Positions 25,948 through 39,734 of a stretch of DNA of 64,000 bases are shown here, in pieces. Below the pieces are notes generated by a model. That model worked only from the letters and a program-made list of their open reading frames with translations, was not told where the DNA came from and made no database searches. Numbering within the stretch: the first letter of the stretch is position 1; every line of letters starts with the position of its first letter. Source of the DNA: Octopus sinensis. Lineage: Eukaryota. The position numbers and the translations under genes are program-made. The stretch lies in assembly GCF_006345805.1 (NCBI RefSeq), contig NC_042999.1, positions 9,920,001 through 9,984,000 of the forward strand, in the 5' to 3' direction.

Positions 25948-26684
25948 AATGCATAAACATCAACTCAGACATCTCAGAATTAAATAGACACCATCACTTT
26001 TGAATGATTGATTTCTAGAAACGACAAAATGTCATTTGATTCATTTAAATATTTAATCCAGTAATTAGCAGAAGCCATGTTTTGTGTAGTTTTGAAGGAT
26101 TAAACGCTTTTCGGCAATGAGTTCGGATATTGTCTCCAGTGGAATTTCTGCCCTCGCTCAACAGAACACATTGACCAAATCTGCTTTTGATGTTGTTTCT
26201 CGTGGATTTTTATCGCACGTTTCTGTCCAGTAGGCTCCAAAGGAGTTCCATAGGGTTCGTATCAGGAGACCTGGCTTGGCCAAGGAACTCTTCTATTCGT
26301 TTCTGTCCCACCAGTCACTGAAGTTTTTGGCTGTAGCATGTAGCACCATATTCCATAAATAAGTTGTCCTTTTTTTTTTTACCATCATACCACTGGAGAA
26401 AATTTGGGAAAAGTTTTTTCCGTTTGAAAACAATCCGCTTCATAGCGCAAAGACACCAGTCAAAGGGCGCAGGTCGACCCGGGAGGAATGCTGTTGATTC
26501 CTTTCTTTTGATAGTAAATTGTACAATCACTCAAATTAATTGTAGCAAGAGGAATCCCAACGGTTTGTGCAATCTTATGCTGGTTAAGTCCACCCTCAGA
26601 TTGCCCTCCCCCCTATATGCCCTCTTTGAAAACGAGACAACCTTTTTGCTTCTGGTGTTCGCGGCATGACTAGTTGTTATTAAC

Positions 26685-26984
26685 CAGTGCTTCTCAACCC
26701 TTTTTTTTTTGCCTATGGGTCCCTTTGATTCCTAGTTTAATCTTCTGGATCTCCAGAGCCATTCGATGTATCTAAAACAATATCTTACTGTATTTTTATA
26801 ATTAAATATTGTTAGGAATTCTATAAAAAAATTAAAACATTTTATGTATTGAAGGAGTATAATTAATTAATTGCTGATAAATTTTAACAACAAAATCTTA
26901 TATGGATCCCGCCAAGGGCCATATGAAACCCCTGGGATTCTATGGATCTCTAAGGGTGATATGAACCCCGATCGAGAACCACTG
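26685..26984 (-). mobile_element. hAT MITE family M1 (complete)
   Basis: TIRs CAGTGCTTCTCAACC / GATCGAGAACCACTG; reverse complement of 875-1148. Confidence 0.75.
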
Positions 26985-27028
26985 ATTGAAACAATTAATA
27001 TCCTGCTGAATATATGTGTGAAAGCGAA

Positions 27029-27252
27029 AGGCGGGGAGCTGGCAGAATCGTTAGCACGTCGGGCGAAATGCCGAGCGGTATTTCGTCTGCCGGTACGTTG
27101 TGAGTTCAATTTCCGCCGAGGTTGACTTTGCCTTTCATCCTTTCGGGGTCGATAAATTAAGTACCAGTTACGCAGTGGGGTCGATATAATCGACTTAATC
27201 CGCTTGTTTGTCCTCCCTGTGTTTAGCCCCTTGTGGGTAGTAAAGAAATATA
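27029..27252 (+). mobile_element. SINE family B (full-length), followed by an older tRNA-headed SINE at about 27255-27535
   Basis: Matches the family B consensus. Confidence 0.88.
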
Positions 27253-27588
27253 TATGTGTGAAAGCGCGTGGTTAGGATGTTGTACTCACGATTGTAAGAT
27301 GGTAGTTTCGATTCTCGGACCGAGTTGTTTATCGAGCAAATCACTTTATTTTTCCTTTGTTCTGCAATCATTTCAACATCAGGTGCGTGGTACATTTGTC
27401 TACCTGTACAGGTAATGTCGATTTGATGGAGGTGATTCAGCCATTGTACAGCGCAAACGTTTGATCACTTCTAAACCAATCACCTGTGCAGGTTGCAGAA
27501 TCCTTCTCTGTCGATGACGACGGGAGAATCCACGATGGTGTGTGAGATGTGTACGTATGTATGTGTGTGTGTATGTGTGTGTGTGTGT

Positions 27589-27627
<39 letters not shown>

Positions 27628-28254
27628 GCACACACACAATTATGCACATTCTGTAGACGACGACGATAATCGAAATGGGTTATTTGTGGTAAAGATGCGA
27701 TGGTGCTTTGGATGTAATCAAATTTAGGGGGAGATAAAAGTAAAATAATAAATTTATGATGGGGTGGGTGAGGAAGAAGAGGAGGAGGAGGTGGAGGTGG
27801 ATGAGGAGGAGATCGACTACGAAGACGACGACGATGGTGATGATGATGGTGATGACGACGCCCAACGCTTCAGACTTGGCCAGGCCATCTATATTTTATG
27901 TTGTGGGGCGTTTTTCGTTCTTATAAAATGTCTTTCCTTCGTTAAGGTAATCAAGTGTGATTTAAGGGAGATTTGGCTGTTATTTCAAGCAGTTTGAGGT
28001 TATGTTAATATGGTGTTGGCGCTGTTATTGTTGCTGAGGGTACTGCTGTTTGTCGGTGGTGATGCCGTTTGCTGGACAAAATATAGGCGTTGGTGCTGCC
28101 GACGATATTGCTGCTGCTGCTGCTGCTGCTACTGCTGTTGCTGTTGTTGTTGCCCAATATGGTGGCGCAGAGTTGGTGGTAAACCCAACCGATGAATCTA
28201 GTTTACGGTCGTCGCTATTCCACGTGTTATTCCGTTAATATTTTGGTGTAAGAA

Positions 28255-28655
28255 AGCGGCGATCTGGCAGAAATGTTAGCGGTTATTTTGTCTGTCTTTA
28301 TGTTCTGAGTTCAAATTCCACCGAGGTCGACATTACCTTTTATCCTTTCGGGGTCGATAAATTAAGTCCCAGTTGTGTAGTGAGGTCGATCTGATCGACT
28401 GGTCCCCTCCCCCAAAATTTCGGGCCTTGTGCCTAAAGTAGAAAATAATATTTTGGTGAAAGATCTTGTGTGAGAGTAGAAAGTGGTATTTCGCCTGTTG
28501 CTACATTCTGAGTTCAAATTCCACCAAGGTCGACTTTGGCTTTCATCCTTTCGGAATCGATAAATTAAGTACCAGTTGCGTACTGGGGTCGATCTAATCG
28601 ACTACTACCCTCCTCCCACACCCGAAATTTCCGACTTTGTGTCAAAATTTGAAAC
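28255..28655 (+). mobile_element. Two tandem SINE family B variant copies
   Basis: GAGTTCAAATTCCACC..GTCGAC..CCTTTCGG occurs twice. Confidence 0.8.
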
Positions 28656-28864
28656 CAATATTTTTGGAAAAAGCACAGCAAGACACAACTTCTTTATCCG
28701 AAGACAACCACCACCCCCCCCACCCGTCCCACTCCAAGGACGAAATCTAAAGTATATTGATTGGTGATGGTGATGGTGGTGGTAGTGACGGTGGCGGCGG
28801 CAGTGGTGGTGGTGGTGGGGACGCTAGAGAAATGGTGAGGATGCTGATAGTGATGGTGATAATG

Positions 28865-29400
28865 CTTAGATTTAGTCTCTGTCGAAGTCCTTCCTGAGCG
28901 GTTGGCCCCTAAATCGGGCCGCAAGACATCCCCAGGCATCCCACTTCTTAGCTTAATCCCCAGCATCTCCCCAGATGATGCTCAATTGCTTCAGATCTTC
29001 TTTGACAGTCGTACATCATCTCTTCCCGAGTTTCCCTCCTTTCGTTCCTTCCTCTGGTGCTTCCCATTCCATGGACGTCTTGGATATTCTTTCTTCTTGA
29101 AGTTGGAAACCATGACCTTCCAGTCTCACTCAGGTTTCCGCCACAATCCCTTGCAGACATCTTGTGCAGACTTGACTCTTCTCAGAACTTCAAGAGTTCC
29201 TCATTCCGTCCTTGTATGCGATCTTGAGTTTTCTGCGTGGATGCCATGGGTGGCATGGATCTCGGTGATCTGATTCCCAAGATTGTCCTCTTGTGTGAGA
29301 GCAGAAAGCGGCAATACAGAATCCTTCGACGTCATCACAGGAGTGAGACCAGGGTATCCCCTGCCACCCGTGTTGTTTCTTCTGGTCGTACAGAGAACCA
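28865..29400 (-). mobile_element. RTE-like LINE 3' fragment
   Basis: Frameshifted minus-strand translation LKIAYKD..EVLRRVKSAQ..ERISKTSMEW..TTVKEDLKQLSIIWGDA. (CAT/CAC)n tail at about 28760-28860. Confidence 0.6.
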
Positions 29401-30449
29401 GAAATGAAGCAATGATGATGAGAGAAACGATCATGATGATGATGATGATGATGATGGAGACGATGTTGTTGTTGTTAGTGTGGTCTTCGTTGCTGCTTAC
29501 TTCTATATCCACCCCGATCGACGTTACACTCCGTGACCTTCAAGTTTTTTGGGTTTTTTTTTTTGTTTCAAGTACCATGTTGTTGAATTTGTCCATTTTT
29601 CTTAGATGATTGGGAGGTGATTCGAGGGAGAATTTTGCTGCTATTTCTAGCAGATTGAGAGACCAGTTAGAGATCCCCCCGCCCGTTGGTGATGGTGGGA
29701 GCGGGGGTGGTGGAGGCAATGGTAAGTGTTAGTGGTGATGCTGGTGGCGATATTGGTAGTGACCACGAAGGTAGTTAGTGATGGCCATTTTTGGGATGGT
29801 TTTTAGTGGTTGTGGCAGCGGCGGCGGTGGCGGGCGGCGGGTGGCGGCGGTGGCGGCGACGGTGGCGATGATAGAAAATGTGTGAGAGAGATTACGGTAA
29901 CAGTTTCCCACAGTTTGCATTAAATAAAAATGAAAAAAAGCAACAACAATGAAAGAAAAAAAAACACGCGAAAATTACCCAAATAATAAAAAAAAAACGG
30001 TGGAGGGAGCAGGGGGGGGGAGAAGGCGGGGAGGAGGAGAAGAAGAGGGATTGAAAAGAGAGTCCGTATGTGTGCGCGCGTGTGCGTGTGTCTATTTACT
30101 CATATACATAATACACACACACATACACACACATATATATACTTACATACACACACACACACACACACACACACCACACACGCACACACCGGCTGCGACT
30201 GACGGAGCGAAGAACTAAACAAATTAAGCGACATTTCTGGTGTGTTTTAAACGGCTGCTCACCTCAAGCAGCTTGTTGCCAGTCAGTGTAACAGATCAGA
30301 TATATATCGAGGGGAAGGGCATGACAGGAGCCGCAGAATGGGAGAGGGAGAGGAAGGAAGGAAGGACAAGGCAGCAGGGAGGGACGGGGGGCGAGCGATA
30401 TTAATAACAATAATAACAACAATAATAATAATGATAATAATGATGATAT

Positions 30450-30812
30450 GAAGGGAGAAATGGATAGGAGAGCGAGAGAGGGGAGAGAGAGAAGGGAGAA
30501 GTGGATAGGAGAGAGAGAGAGGGGAGAGAGAGAAGGGAGAAGTGGATAGGAGAGAGAGAGAGAGAGAGAGGGGAGAGAGAGAAGGGAGAAGTGGATAGGA
30601 GAGCGAGAGAGGGGAGAGAGAGAAGGGAGAAGTGGATAGGAGAGCGAGAGAGGGGAGAGGGAGAAGGGAGAAGTGGATAGGAGAGAGAGAGAGACAGGGG
30701 AGAGAGAGAGGGGAGAGAGAGAAGGGAGAAGTGGATAGGAGAGCGAGAGAGGGGAGAGAGAGAAGGGAGAAGTGGATAGGAGAGCGAGAGAGGGGAGAGA
30801 GAGAAGGGAGAA
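30450..30812. repeat. About 41-bp purine-rich minisatellite, about 8 copies
   Basis: Unit GAAGGGAGAAGTGGATAGGAGAGCGAGAGAGGGGAGAGAGA. Confidence 0.9.
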
Positions 30813-31379
30813 AAGAGCGGGAGTAATAAGCAGTGGTGAATGAATGAATGGATGAGAGAGAAGGGAGAGTAAGAGTTTGTACGTATGAAGGGGGAGGAGT
30901 TGGAGATAGAGAGAGAGGGGCACGGGAGTGCGCGCGTGAGTGTAAGTGTGTAAGTGTGTGTGTATGTAGCTGTCTGTATGTGTGTGTGTATTGTATTTGT
31001 GTGTGTGTGTGATTTGTACGCTCGTATGAATAGAAGAGAGAACGGTCGCGCGCGCGAGCGGACAAGCAGGCAGACAGGCAGACAGGCCACGGGTGAGGCT
31101 TAAAGTTTAAAGAGGCGGTGGGGGGGAGTGAAGGCGGAAAGGGTGAGTGTGGTGGGACCTGAATGAGCGCGTGCTTCTGTATGTGTGTTTATGTGTGTGT
31201 GTGTGCGCGCGTGCGTCGCCAGAGGAACAACAAGTTCTCCCACCACGAACCCTCACCCGAACACGAACCATCTTCAAATCCTTATCCACCGCCGTCGTCG
31301 CCGCCACAATCACCACCACCATCGCCGCCGCCGCATAAACAATATCAAAATGTTTCAGATTTTGCCACAAGGCCGGCAA

Positions 31380-31560
31380 TTTTGGGCTAAGTCGAATATA
31401 TCGACCCCTCCCCCAGTGTACAACTGGTACTTAATTTTATCGACCCCCCGAAAGGATAAATGGCAAAGTCAACCTCAACGGAATTTGAACTCAGAACGTA
31501 AGGTCGGACGAAATAGCATTTGGCATTTTGTCCGGCATGCAAACGATTCTGCCAGCTCCG
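31380..31560 (-). mobile_element. SINE family B variant
   Basis: Reverse-complement match. Confidence 0.8.
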
Positions 31561-31729
31561 TTGCCTTATAAACAATATTAATATTCAGACTCTCGACTCT
31601 CCATTCCCCGGTGAGTCAAGTTCATGTCAAGCAAGCTTCCTAGAGTCTCCACCACCACCTCCTTTTCGTAATACATCATCATCATCATCACCATCACCGT
31701 CGTCCGTCTCTTCTTTTTCTTAAACTATT

Positions 31730-32375
31730 TTTTCTTCTCTTCGTAGTCCTCTTCTAGTTTTTCCTTATTCTCTTATCTCCGTCGTCTTCGTCTCTCTTCC
31801 TCTTCATTTTCTTTCTTTTTCTTCTTGTTCTACTTCGTCTTACTTCTCGTTCTTTTCCTTTTCCTTTTTCTTCTTTGTTTTTCTCCGTCTTCCTTTTCTT
31901 CTTTTTCTTCTTTTTTCCTCTCCTTCTTCGTCTTTCTTCTTTTTTCCTTCCTCTTCCTCTTCCTCTTCCGCTTCTTCTTCGTCTTTCTTCCTCTTCTTGT
32001 TCTACTTCGTCTTTCTTATTCTTTTCCTTTTTCCTTTTTCTCCTTCGTCTTTCTTACTTTTCTTCTTTTTCCTCTCCTTCTTCGTTTTCTACTTCTTCTT
32101 CCTCCTCCGCTTCTTCTTCGTCTTTCTTCCTCTTCTTGTTCTACTTCGTCTTTCTTATTCTTTTCCTTTTTCCTTTTTCTTCTTTGTTTTTCTCCTTCGT
32201 CTTTCTTACTTTTATTCTTTTTCCTCTCCTTCTTCGTTTTTCTACTTCTTCTTCCTCTTCCTCTTCCGCTTCCTCTTCTGTTTCTTCCGCTTCTCCTTTG
32301 TTTTTCTCCTTCTTCTCCTTCTCCATGTCCTTCTCCTTTTCCTCCTCTTCCTTCTTTCTTCACAATCAGGCTGGA
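31730..32375. repeat. CT-rich low-complexity array with internal higher-order duplications
   Basis: The block TTCTTGTTCTACTTCGTCTT..TTCCTTTTTC recurs three times. Confidence 0.85.
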
Positions 32376-32384
32376 TCGTGAGTG

Positions 32385-32611
32385 CGTCGAACAAAATGCT
32401 TAACGGAATCTCTTCCAACTCTTTCCGTTCTGAATTCAAACACCGTCGAAGTCGACTTTGCCTTTTCCGTCCTTTCGAGATCGATAAAATAAAATTCCAC
32501 TTGAGCACTTGCCCCGCCCCACAAAACTTCTTCAAACCATGTGCCTATATTAGAAAGAATTAATATTATTGCTGTTGTTATCATCATCATCATCATCGTC
32601 GTCATCATCAT

Positions 32612-32656
<45 letters not shown>

Positions 32657-33070
32657 GTCATAATTATCATTATGATGATTGAAGGCGGTGAGCTGGCCGA
32701 AACGTTAGCACGCCGGACGAAATGCCTAGCGGTCTTTCGTCTACCGTTACGTTCTGAGTTCAAATTCCGCCGAGGTCGACTTTGCCTTTCATCCTTTCGG
32801 GGTCGATTAAATAAGTACCAGTTACGCACTGAGGTCGATATAATCGACTTAATCCATTTGTCTGTCCTTGTTTGTCCTCTCTGTGTTTAGCCCCTTGTGG
32901 GTAGTAAAGAAATGGGTATTTCGAGTTCAAATCCTGCCGAGGTCGATTTTGCCTCTCAGCCTTTCGGGGTCGATAAATTATTAAGTACCAGTGAAACACT
33001 GGGTTCGATGTAATCGAATGGTCCCCTCCCCCAAAATTTCAGGCAGGTCTTGTGCCTTCAGTAGAAAGGA
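32385..33070 (+). mobile_element. Cluster of three SINE family B copies (full-length copy 32683-32918)
   Basis: Repeated consensus blocks. Confidence 0.85.
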
Positions 33071-33297
33071 TTGTTATTGTTGTTGTTGTTGTTGTTGTTC
33101 TCCTTCCCCTCCTATACATATTTTCCTCTCCCATTTTCCTTCTTCCTTCTTCCTTTTCAATCCTCTCCTTCCCCAAATACATCGGAAACATTCTGTACAA
33201 CCTCGGAAGACGTCAGAAAGTTTTACACCACGCCCGTCCCACCTCTTCCCAATTTACCTTTTTCTCTTTCCCTCTCTATAACTTTTAAGCGATATTC

Positions 33298-33361
<64 letters not shown>

Positions 33362-33575
33362 ATTTATCTATCTATCTTTCTAGCTATCTCTTAAATGCGC
33401 ATACGCACACACGCCTATAAATGCACACACACGGTTTATCAAGCAAAATTTATTCTGATCTCTTCCTTTAAATGTGTTATGGGGTGGGATACTGTTTGTG
33501 CAAGCATGTGTGTATATAACTGTTCACATATATGTACATACGCACATGCATGTATGCGTAAGTGTGTGCATACAT

Positions 33576-33622
<47 letters not shown>

Positions 33623-33973
33623 ATATTATATATCAGATTCAAAACTTGAACAGGACAACAAAGGAACAAACTGAGAATTTACACACAGGACAAGGACATG
33701 CTCTTTCTTCGTCAGTTAATGTTCAAAGATCATTACAATTTCACACCTTTAACAATATATATATATATATATAATGTCCAGTTCTTTGGTTTTGTGTTTA
33801 TGTTTTCGTTTCTCAGTATGTTCGACGTTTTTTTTTTTTGTGTCCTGTACCCATAAATGCGTGTATATATACATGTAGAGGTGGGTACGTACATATATGT
33901 ATGTATATATGCATATGTTTCCTTTATTAATTTCTTATTAATTTCTTTTTATAATTATATATTATATATATAT

Positions 33974-34016
<43 letters not shown>

Positions 34017-34155
34017 ATAGACACCACACACATATTTCATGCATATGAAGGGTGGATTCCTGCAGTGGATTTTGGGTATTCTACGAACAGTATATTGGAT
34101 AGTACTATTATTCCTTAGTTGGTTGGATTCACAACCCCTAACTCTCTTTGAATTG

Positions 34156-34237
<82 letters not shown>

Positions 34238-34780
34238 TATATATAATACAAAATGGGACAACAAAACATCCAGATAGACGAAACAAAGAAGACAAAGACG
34301 GGTCATTCGGAGTTTTCTTTCCTCAGTCGAGTACTAGATTAACTTCGCAATTTCGGCTATATATATTATATAAAATCTGTTCTGTCTGTCTGTGTGTGTG
34401 TCTTCTAGGATCTCGGGCATCCTCCATCCGATTGCACTCAAATTTGATATGTAGATGCCGACGGTATCAGGGCGTATATGAGTCTTGAAAAAATTACAAA
34501 AATCTATTCTAGGTAAGAATGCGACCGATAAAGCGGTGGGAACGTACTTTTCTTCTGTCAGCCTGTACATAACTGCACCTTCCAGTTTTCATACTGTTTC
34601 TTCCCTGCCAAGCTTTCTGTTTAAACCATGTTTGTGTTCTCCCAGTCAACAGCCTTATCATTACTGGTACTTTAAACTCTTTGGTTGCATATTTGTGTGA
34701 ATAAAATCGTTTTTCTTTGGAATAGAAAAAAAGTCTATCTTTATTTCTTCTTTTGCTTGTGTCTCAAATTTAGGTTAAAT

Positions 34781-34840
34781 CAGTGTTTCTCAAAAGGGAG
34801 GCCTATGGGACGGTCGGACAAGTTGTTTTGAGAACAGATG
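34781..34840. mobile_element. 60-bp hAT-type mini-MITE remnant
   Basis: CAGTGTTTCTCAAAA ... TTTTGAGAACAGATG. Confidence 0.35.
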
Positions 34841-34954
34841 ATGATTTAAGACTTCTTAATATATGAGAGAGGGCGTAATTGTCCTACGGTGCAGTTGTCG
34901 TCGAGTGGGAATTGTCCTATGGGGAGGGGGCAATTGTCTTGATACGCACATATA

Positions 34955-35007
<53 letters not shown>

Positions 35008-35439
35008 TATATATACACACACATACTACATATATATATATATGTATGTATATATGTATACTCGTATATATACATACCCAGGATTCTTCGTATACGTATA
35101 TATGATGTATTTTCATGAAGTGACTTCGTTGGGTTTCAATTTTCCTTTTTCTGAGCGTGTGCAGGGCGTATACCATCACACCGCGTGACTGGAATCGAAT
35201 TCCAGCCATCCTATCCACTCCATCCACCCACCCGCCACTGTCATCGAAGAGCCTCAGTAAGGGTTATCGTTTCAAATATAACCAAATCCCTGGGATAGAA
35301 TAACACTGGACTCGATATCTGCGGTGGGCCACGGCACACGATCAAACCGATTCCGTGACCACTGTCATTTACTCCTCTAGGCTACTTATACATACACACA
35401 CACACATACATATATATACAGACAGACAGACAGACAGGT

Positions 35440-35508
<69 letters not shown>

Positions 35509-35544
35509 CGAGAGAGGGAGGGAGAGAGAGAGACAAATATAAAC

Positions 35545-35588
<44 letters not shown>

Positions 35589-35913
35589 ATAGATATATAT
35601 ATATATATTTCTAGTACACGTATATGAACAAATACACACACACACATACATATCTGTGTGCGTGTGCGTGTTAGTGTGTGTGTGCATATAATTGTGTGTA
35701 CGTATAATACCAATCTCGCGCACTGATACATTCACATACACATACATATTTACACACACTATACATATATGTGCAACGTACATACACAACTATATACACA
35801 TATACATGCAAACACACAAACACACACGCACACTCACACACACATGAAATACATGTAAGAATGTTTGTATGCGTGATGTATGTATATAGGTAAGTGTACG
35901 TAGTATATGTAGG

Positions 35914-35948
<35 letters not shown>

Positions 35949-36017
35949 TATATAATATATATATATAATATATATATATATAAATAATATATATATATAT
36001 ACGAGAGAGAAGAGAGA

Positions 36018-36076
<59 letters not shown>

Positions 36077-36077
<1 letters not shown>

Positions 36078-36295
36078 TTAATCCAAATATGAAAACACAA
36101 AGAGAAAACACAAACCGCGAGGACGTGGAACAAGTATAGTATTATTGGACGCTCAGGAAAGAAGGAAAGAAGGAGGCTTTAACGTTTCGAGCGGAGCTCT
36201 TCGTCAGAAACATAGGAAAAGGAAAGATCCAAAGAAGGGAAGGCGGAGGAAAGAAAATCACCAACGGTACACACGCGGTCACACACACATATATA
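36077..36295 (-). mobile_element. Family E-related mini-element with intact minimal hammerhead core, embedded in (TA)n
   Basis: Minus strand 36207-36181 reads CTGACGA-A-GAGC(tcc)GCTC-GAAA-CG-TT. (TA)n on both sides. Confidence 0.7.
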
Positions 36296-36315
36296 TATAT
36301 ATACACATATATATA

Positions 36316-36362
<47 letters not shown>

Positions 36363-36369
36363 ATAAATG

Positions 36370-36455
<86 letters not shown>

Positions 36456-36746
36456 TATATATACATATATATATATACATATATTATATATTTTATATAT
36501 ATATATATACATATATATATATACATATATATATATACATATATATTATATACATATATAGATATATATATATATACATATATGATATACATATATATTA
36601 TACATTATTATATATATATTTATAAATACATATATATATATACATATATATATACATATATATATATACTATATTATATACATATATATATAATATATAT
36701 ATATAATATATATACACTTTATAAAAAAGCAGCAGAAAATATCACA

Positions 36747-36794
36747 CAAAACTGTTCACTCAAAGTTTCACGTTCCCGTTCGTCGGACATTTTG
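36747..36794 (-). ncRNA. Degenerate type I hammerhead motif (CCGACGA core)
   Basis: CAAAATGT-CCGACGA-ACG(ggaa)CGT-GAAA-CT(ttg)AG-Tga-ACAgTTTTG. The cleavage triplet is disrupted. Confidence 0.45.
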
Positions 36795-36869
36795 TTTAGA
36801 ATACTGTGCTGCCCCCTGCACAAAACAAAAACATTTCGAAAATTGAATCATGCTAGAGGGTATTCACTA

Positions 36870-37364
36870 AACAAATTAAGGGCACGATCGATCTCGATTA
36901 TTGGGACCGCCTCAAAGCATTGAATCTCTTTCTCTCCAGCGCCGCAGTGAGCGATGCATCATCTGCACCACGTGGAGAATATATCACCAGCATTGCCCGA
37001 GCGGCCTCAACATTAGTTTCAGAATAAATCCAAGGCTAGGACCACCGGTCCATGCGTTCCCTACCCAATTCAGGATCACAACACATAAATACACTGCAAC
37101 ACTATTTCTTTACCTCAACAGGCCCTGTCCTATTTAACATTATCCCAAAAACGATCAAAGAGAAAAAGGATCCCATCACTTCTAAAAAGGAATACCAGAT
37201 AAGACACCTATACCTGGATACAACTCACTCAACAAGAACTCTCTACTCGAATGGGCCATGATACCACAGAAATTGACTTAAAAAAAGATTTAGCAAATCC
37301 AATCATGTGGTGCCATTAAATTAGGCATGGCCTGGGCCAATCTTTGGTTGAAACATATCTTAGT

Positions 37365-37365
<1 letters not shown>
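36870..37365 (+). mobile_element. CR1-group LINE 3' fragment with (AGAT)n tail
   Basis: Frameshifted LDYWDRLKALNLFSLQRRSER..TLQHYFFTSTGPVLFNIIPKTIK, followed by (GATA)n to 37455. Clade assignment is approximate. Confidence 0.65.
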
Positions 37366-37454
<89 letters not shown>

Positions 37455-38464
37455 TAAAGCATACACTCACACACAACACACAATCACACACATCGTTGTT
37501 TGTGTGTGTGTGTGTATGTGCTGTGTGTTAGTGACTACGTAGTGTTTTTGCATGTGTGTCTATGTGTTTGTGCGTGTCTGTAGTTGTCTATAATAGACAA
37601 GAATGTAAAACTGGACTTATTTGACTTTAAACTTAAACCGCCAAACGGTAAGATGGGGGAAAAGATAGAGAAGTATTAGAAATTAGATAGGTGCTGTTAA
37701 AGTTTGGCTTTATAAAATAGAAAAAGAGAGAAAGACAGAAAGCCGGAGATCTCTGTAAACTAGTCGGGTTGTGTGTAAACCAGTCGGGTTTTGTGGTGTC
37801 GGAAACCAAGCGGCGAACCTAAAACCACCAAAGTTTGCGGCGATGTAATCTTATATTTGCTACGAAAGCTTTGTTACATCTTACACGTCATGCGTTCTGT
37901 TTGATACCTTCACCTGTCTGCCGTAAACACCTGAACTGGGGTGAGATATAACACCAGATATTAGTACTATTGCACGCTCCTGTGATTGCGTATATATTTA
38001 AGTGTGCATAAAGAAGAAACGATAGAAAAAGAAAACGGAAACCTTAGTAACATCGCCTGCGAGATTCGGACGAAAAATCAGCTGTAAACCGCTTTGGAGC
38101 GCTAGCAACGACATGAAAGCGAAGTCGTAACCTTGAACCGCCTAAATTTTATGAGTTTACAAAATGACGGATGAATGTTCCGTAACATTTTGCGGGACAA
38201 CTTGCACAGATGATTCGATAATAGTGATTAGATATTTGTACAGCACATTAAGTCATTTCCTCTGTCAAATTGCGAATATATGAGAAACATAAGAGCGGCT
38301 GTCTGTGAGAATTCCTACATGACAATGACCAAAGTCTCATTCCTGAATCAATCGAAGATTTAGAGGGAACATTTGAAACGTGGCAGCTGAATTAGAACCC
38401 AGAGGTGCCTCAAAATAAACACAGAGACAAAAGTTCTCGTTAAGATAGAGCTACCATCTGGGTA

Positions 38465-38882
38465 GCGGGCGAGCTGGCAGAAACGTTAGCACGCCGGGCG
38501 TAATGCGTAGCCGTATTTTGTCTGCCGCTACGTTCTGAGTTCAAATTCCGCCGAGGTCGACTTTGCCTTTTATCTTTTCGGGGTCGATTAAATTAATAAC
38601 AGTTACGCACTGGGGTCGATGTAATCGACTTATTCCGTTTGTCTGTCCTTGTTTGTCCCCTCTGTGTTTAGCCTCTTGTAGGTAGTAAAGAAATAGGTAT
38701 TTTGTCTGTCTTTACATTCTGAGTTCAAATTCCGCCAAGGTCGACTTTGCCTTTCATCCTTTCGGGGTCAATAAATTAAGTACCAGTTACTTACTGGGGT
38801 CGATGTAATCGACTTAATCCGTTTGTCTGTCCTTGTTTGTCCTCTCTGTGTTTAGCCCCTTGTGGGTAGTAAAGAAATAGGT
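38465..38882 (+). mobile_element. Two tandem SINE family B copies
   Basis: A full-length copy plus a 5'-truncated copy. Confidence 0.9.
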
Positions 38883-39194
38883 CATACATTCATAATTAGT
38901 GAAGAAGATTACAGCATCCGTACCGGAGACTTGATTTGTAGCAGAATTTGTTTGAAGAAGACGAGAAGTTCGAAACTTAGCAACTTCACTGAAATGGAAA
39001 CCTGCAATGGACGGCATAATATGGAACCCGCTGATAGAGCCAGCGTGTGTATTTGTTGGTGATTCCTTACTCTTGATTGTTGACACTTTTGCGTAACTCA
39101 GGCGAAAACCCTCCAACCCATGGGTCTGTTTGGGTGGTCATTGCTGGTGAGGGTTTTATGAGGTCACAGCGCAGATCCTACTTTAACCTATTTT

Positions 39195-39367
39195 AGGGAA
39201 AGTTAACGAAAAAAACAAAAGACGAAGACAAGTGGTGTACAAAACAAACAGATGTATTAGTATAACGCTCAGGAATAGAAAAAGTATTTTATGTTTCGAG
39301 CCTACGCTCTTCTACAGAAACAAGGAGAGAAAAAAAATGTGTGTAGTGGCTAACGATTTATCATGAC
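39195..39367 (-). mobile_element. Family E mini-element, degenerate hammerhead
   Basis: Minus strand CTGTAGA-A-GAGC(gtag)GCTC-GAAA-CA-TA at 39317-39290. Confidence 0.7.
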
Positions 39368-39734
39368 AGGCAGAGTCTATTCTTCAACATGTCGTGTCAT
39401 GTCTTTAATTTCGTACAATTTATATTGCCGTTGCCCATAAGATTTAGGGTTTCTCTAGGAAATGTTAAAGGGGGGTAATAATAATAAAACAGAAGGGAAA
39501 ATGCCTAAGTAGTAGCTATTTTAGGGAGCTTGGTTCACGTGAGCTTCGTTGGCCATGGATAGCAAAGATGTGTCTTTTTCGACAGCTTTTACTAATCCTT
39601 GCGGATGAATCGGCTACAATAAAAAACAAGAATATCCGGGAAATGCACAGAATCTTCCGTAAAAACCCGGTTTTTAAATGAAATGCCCTATGACCATTTT
39701 ATAATCATCCAGGAAAGAAGAATTAATAAGATGC

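Noticed and set aside
30450-30812. Regularly spaced repeats resembling a CRISPR array
   Set aside because: Contiguous tandem units with no unique spacers, eukaryotic context, and no cas genes.
25140-34370. Related (TA)n-flanked pieces at 25140-25222, 33640-33720 and 34250-34368 with CTGANGA on the minus strand
   Set aside because: They are followed by GAAT or no GAAA and lack a convincing helix II. A shared repeat family is likely, but a ribozyme is not supported.
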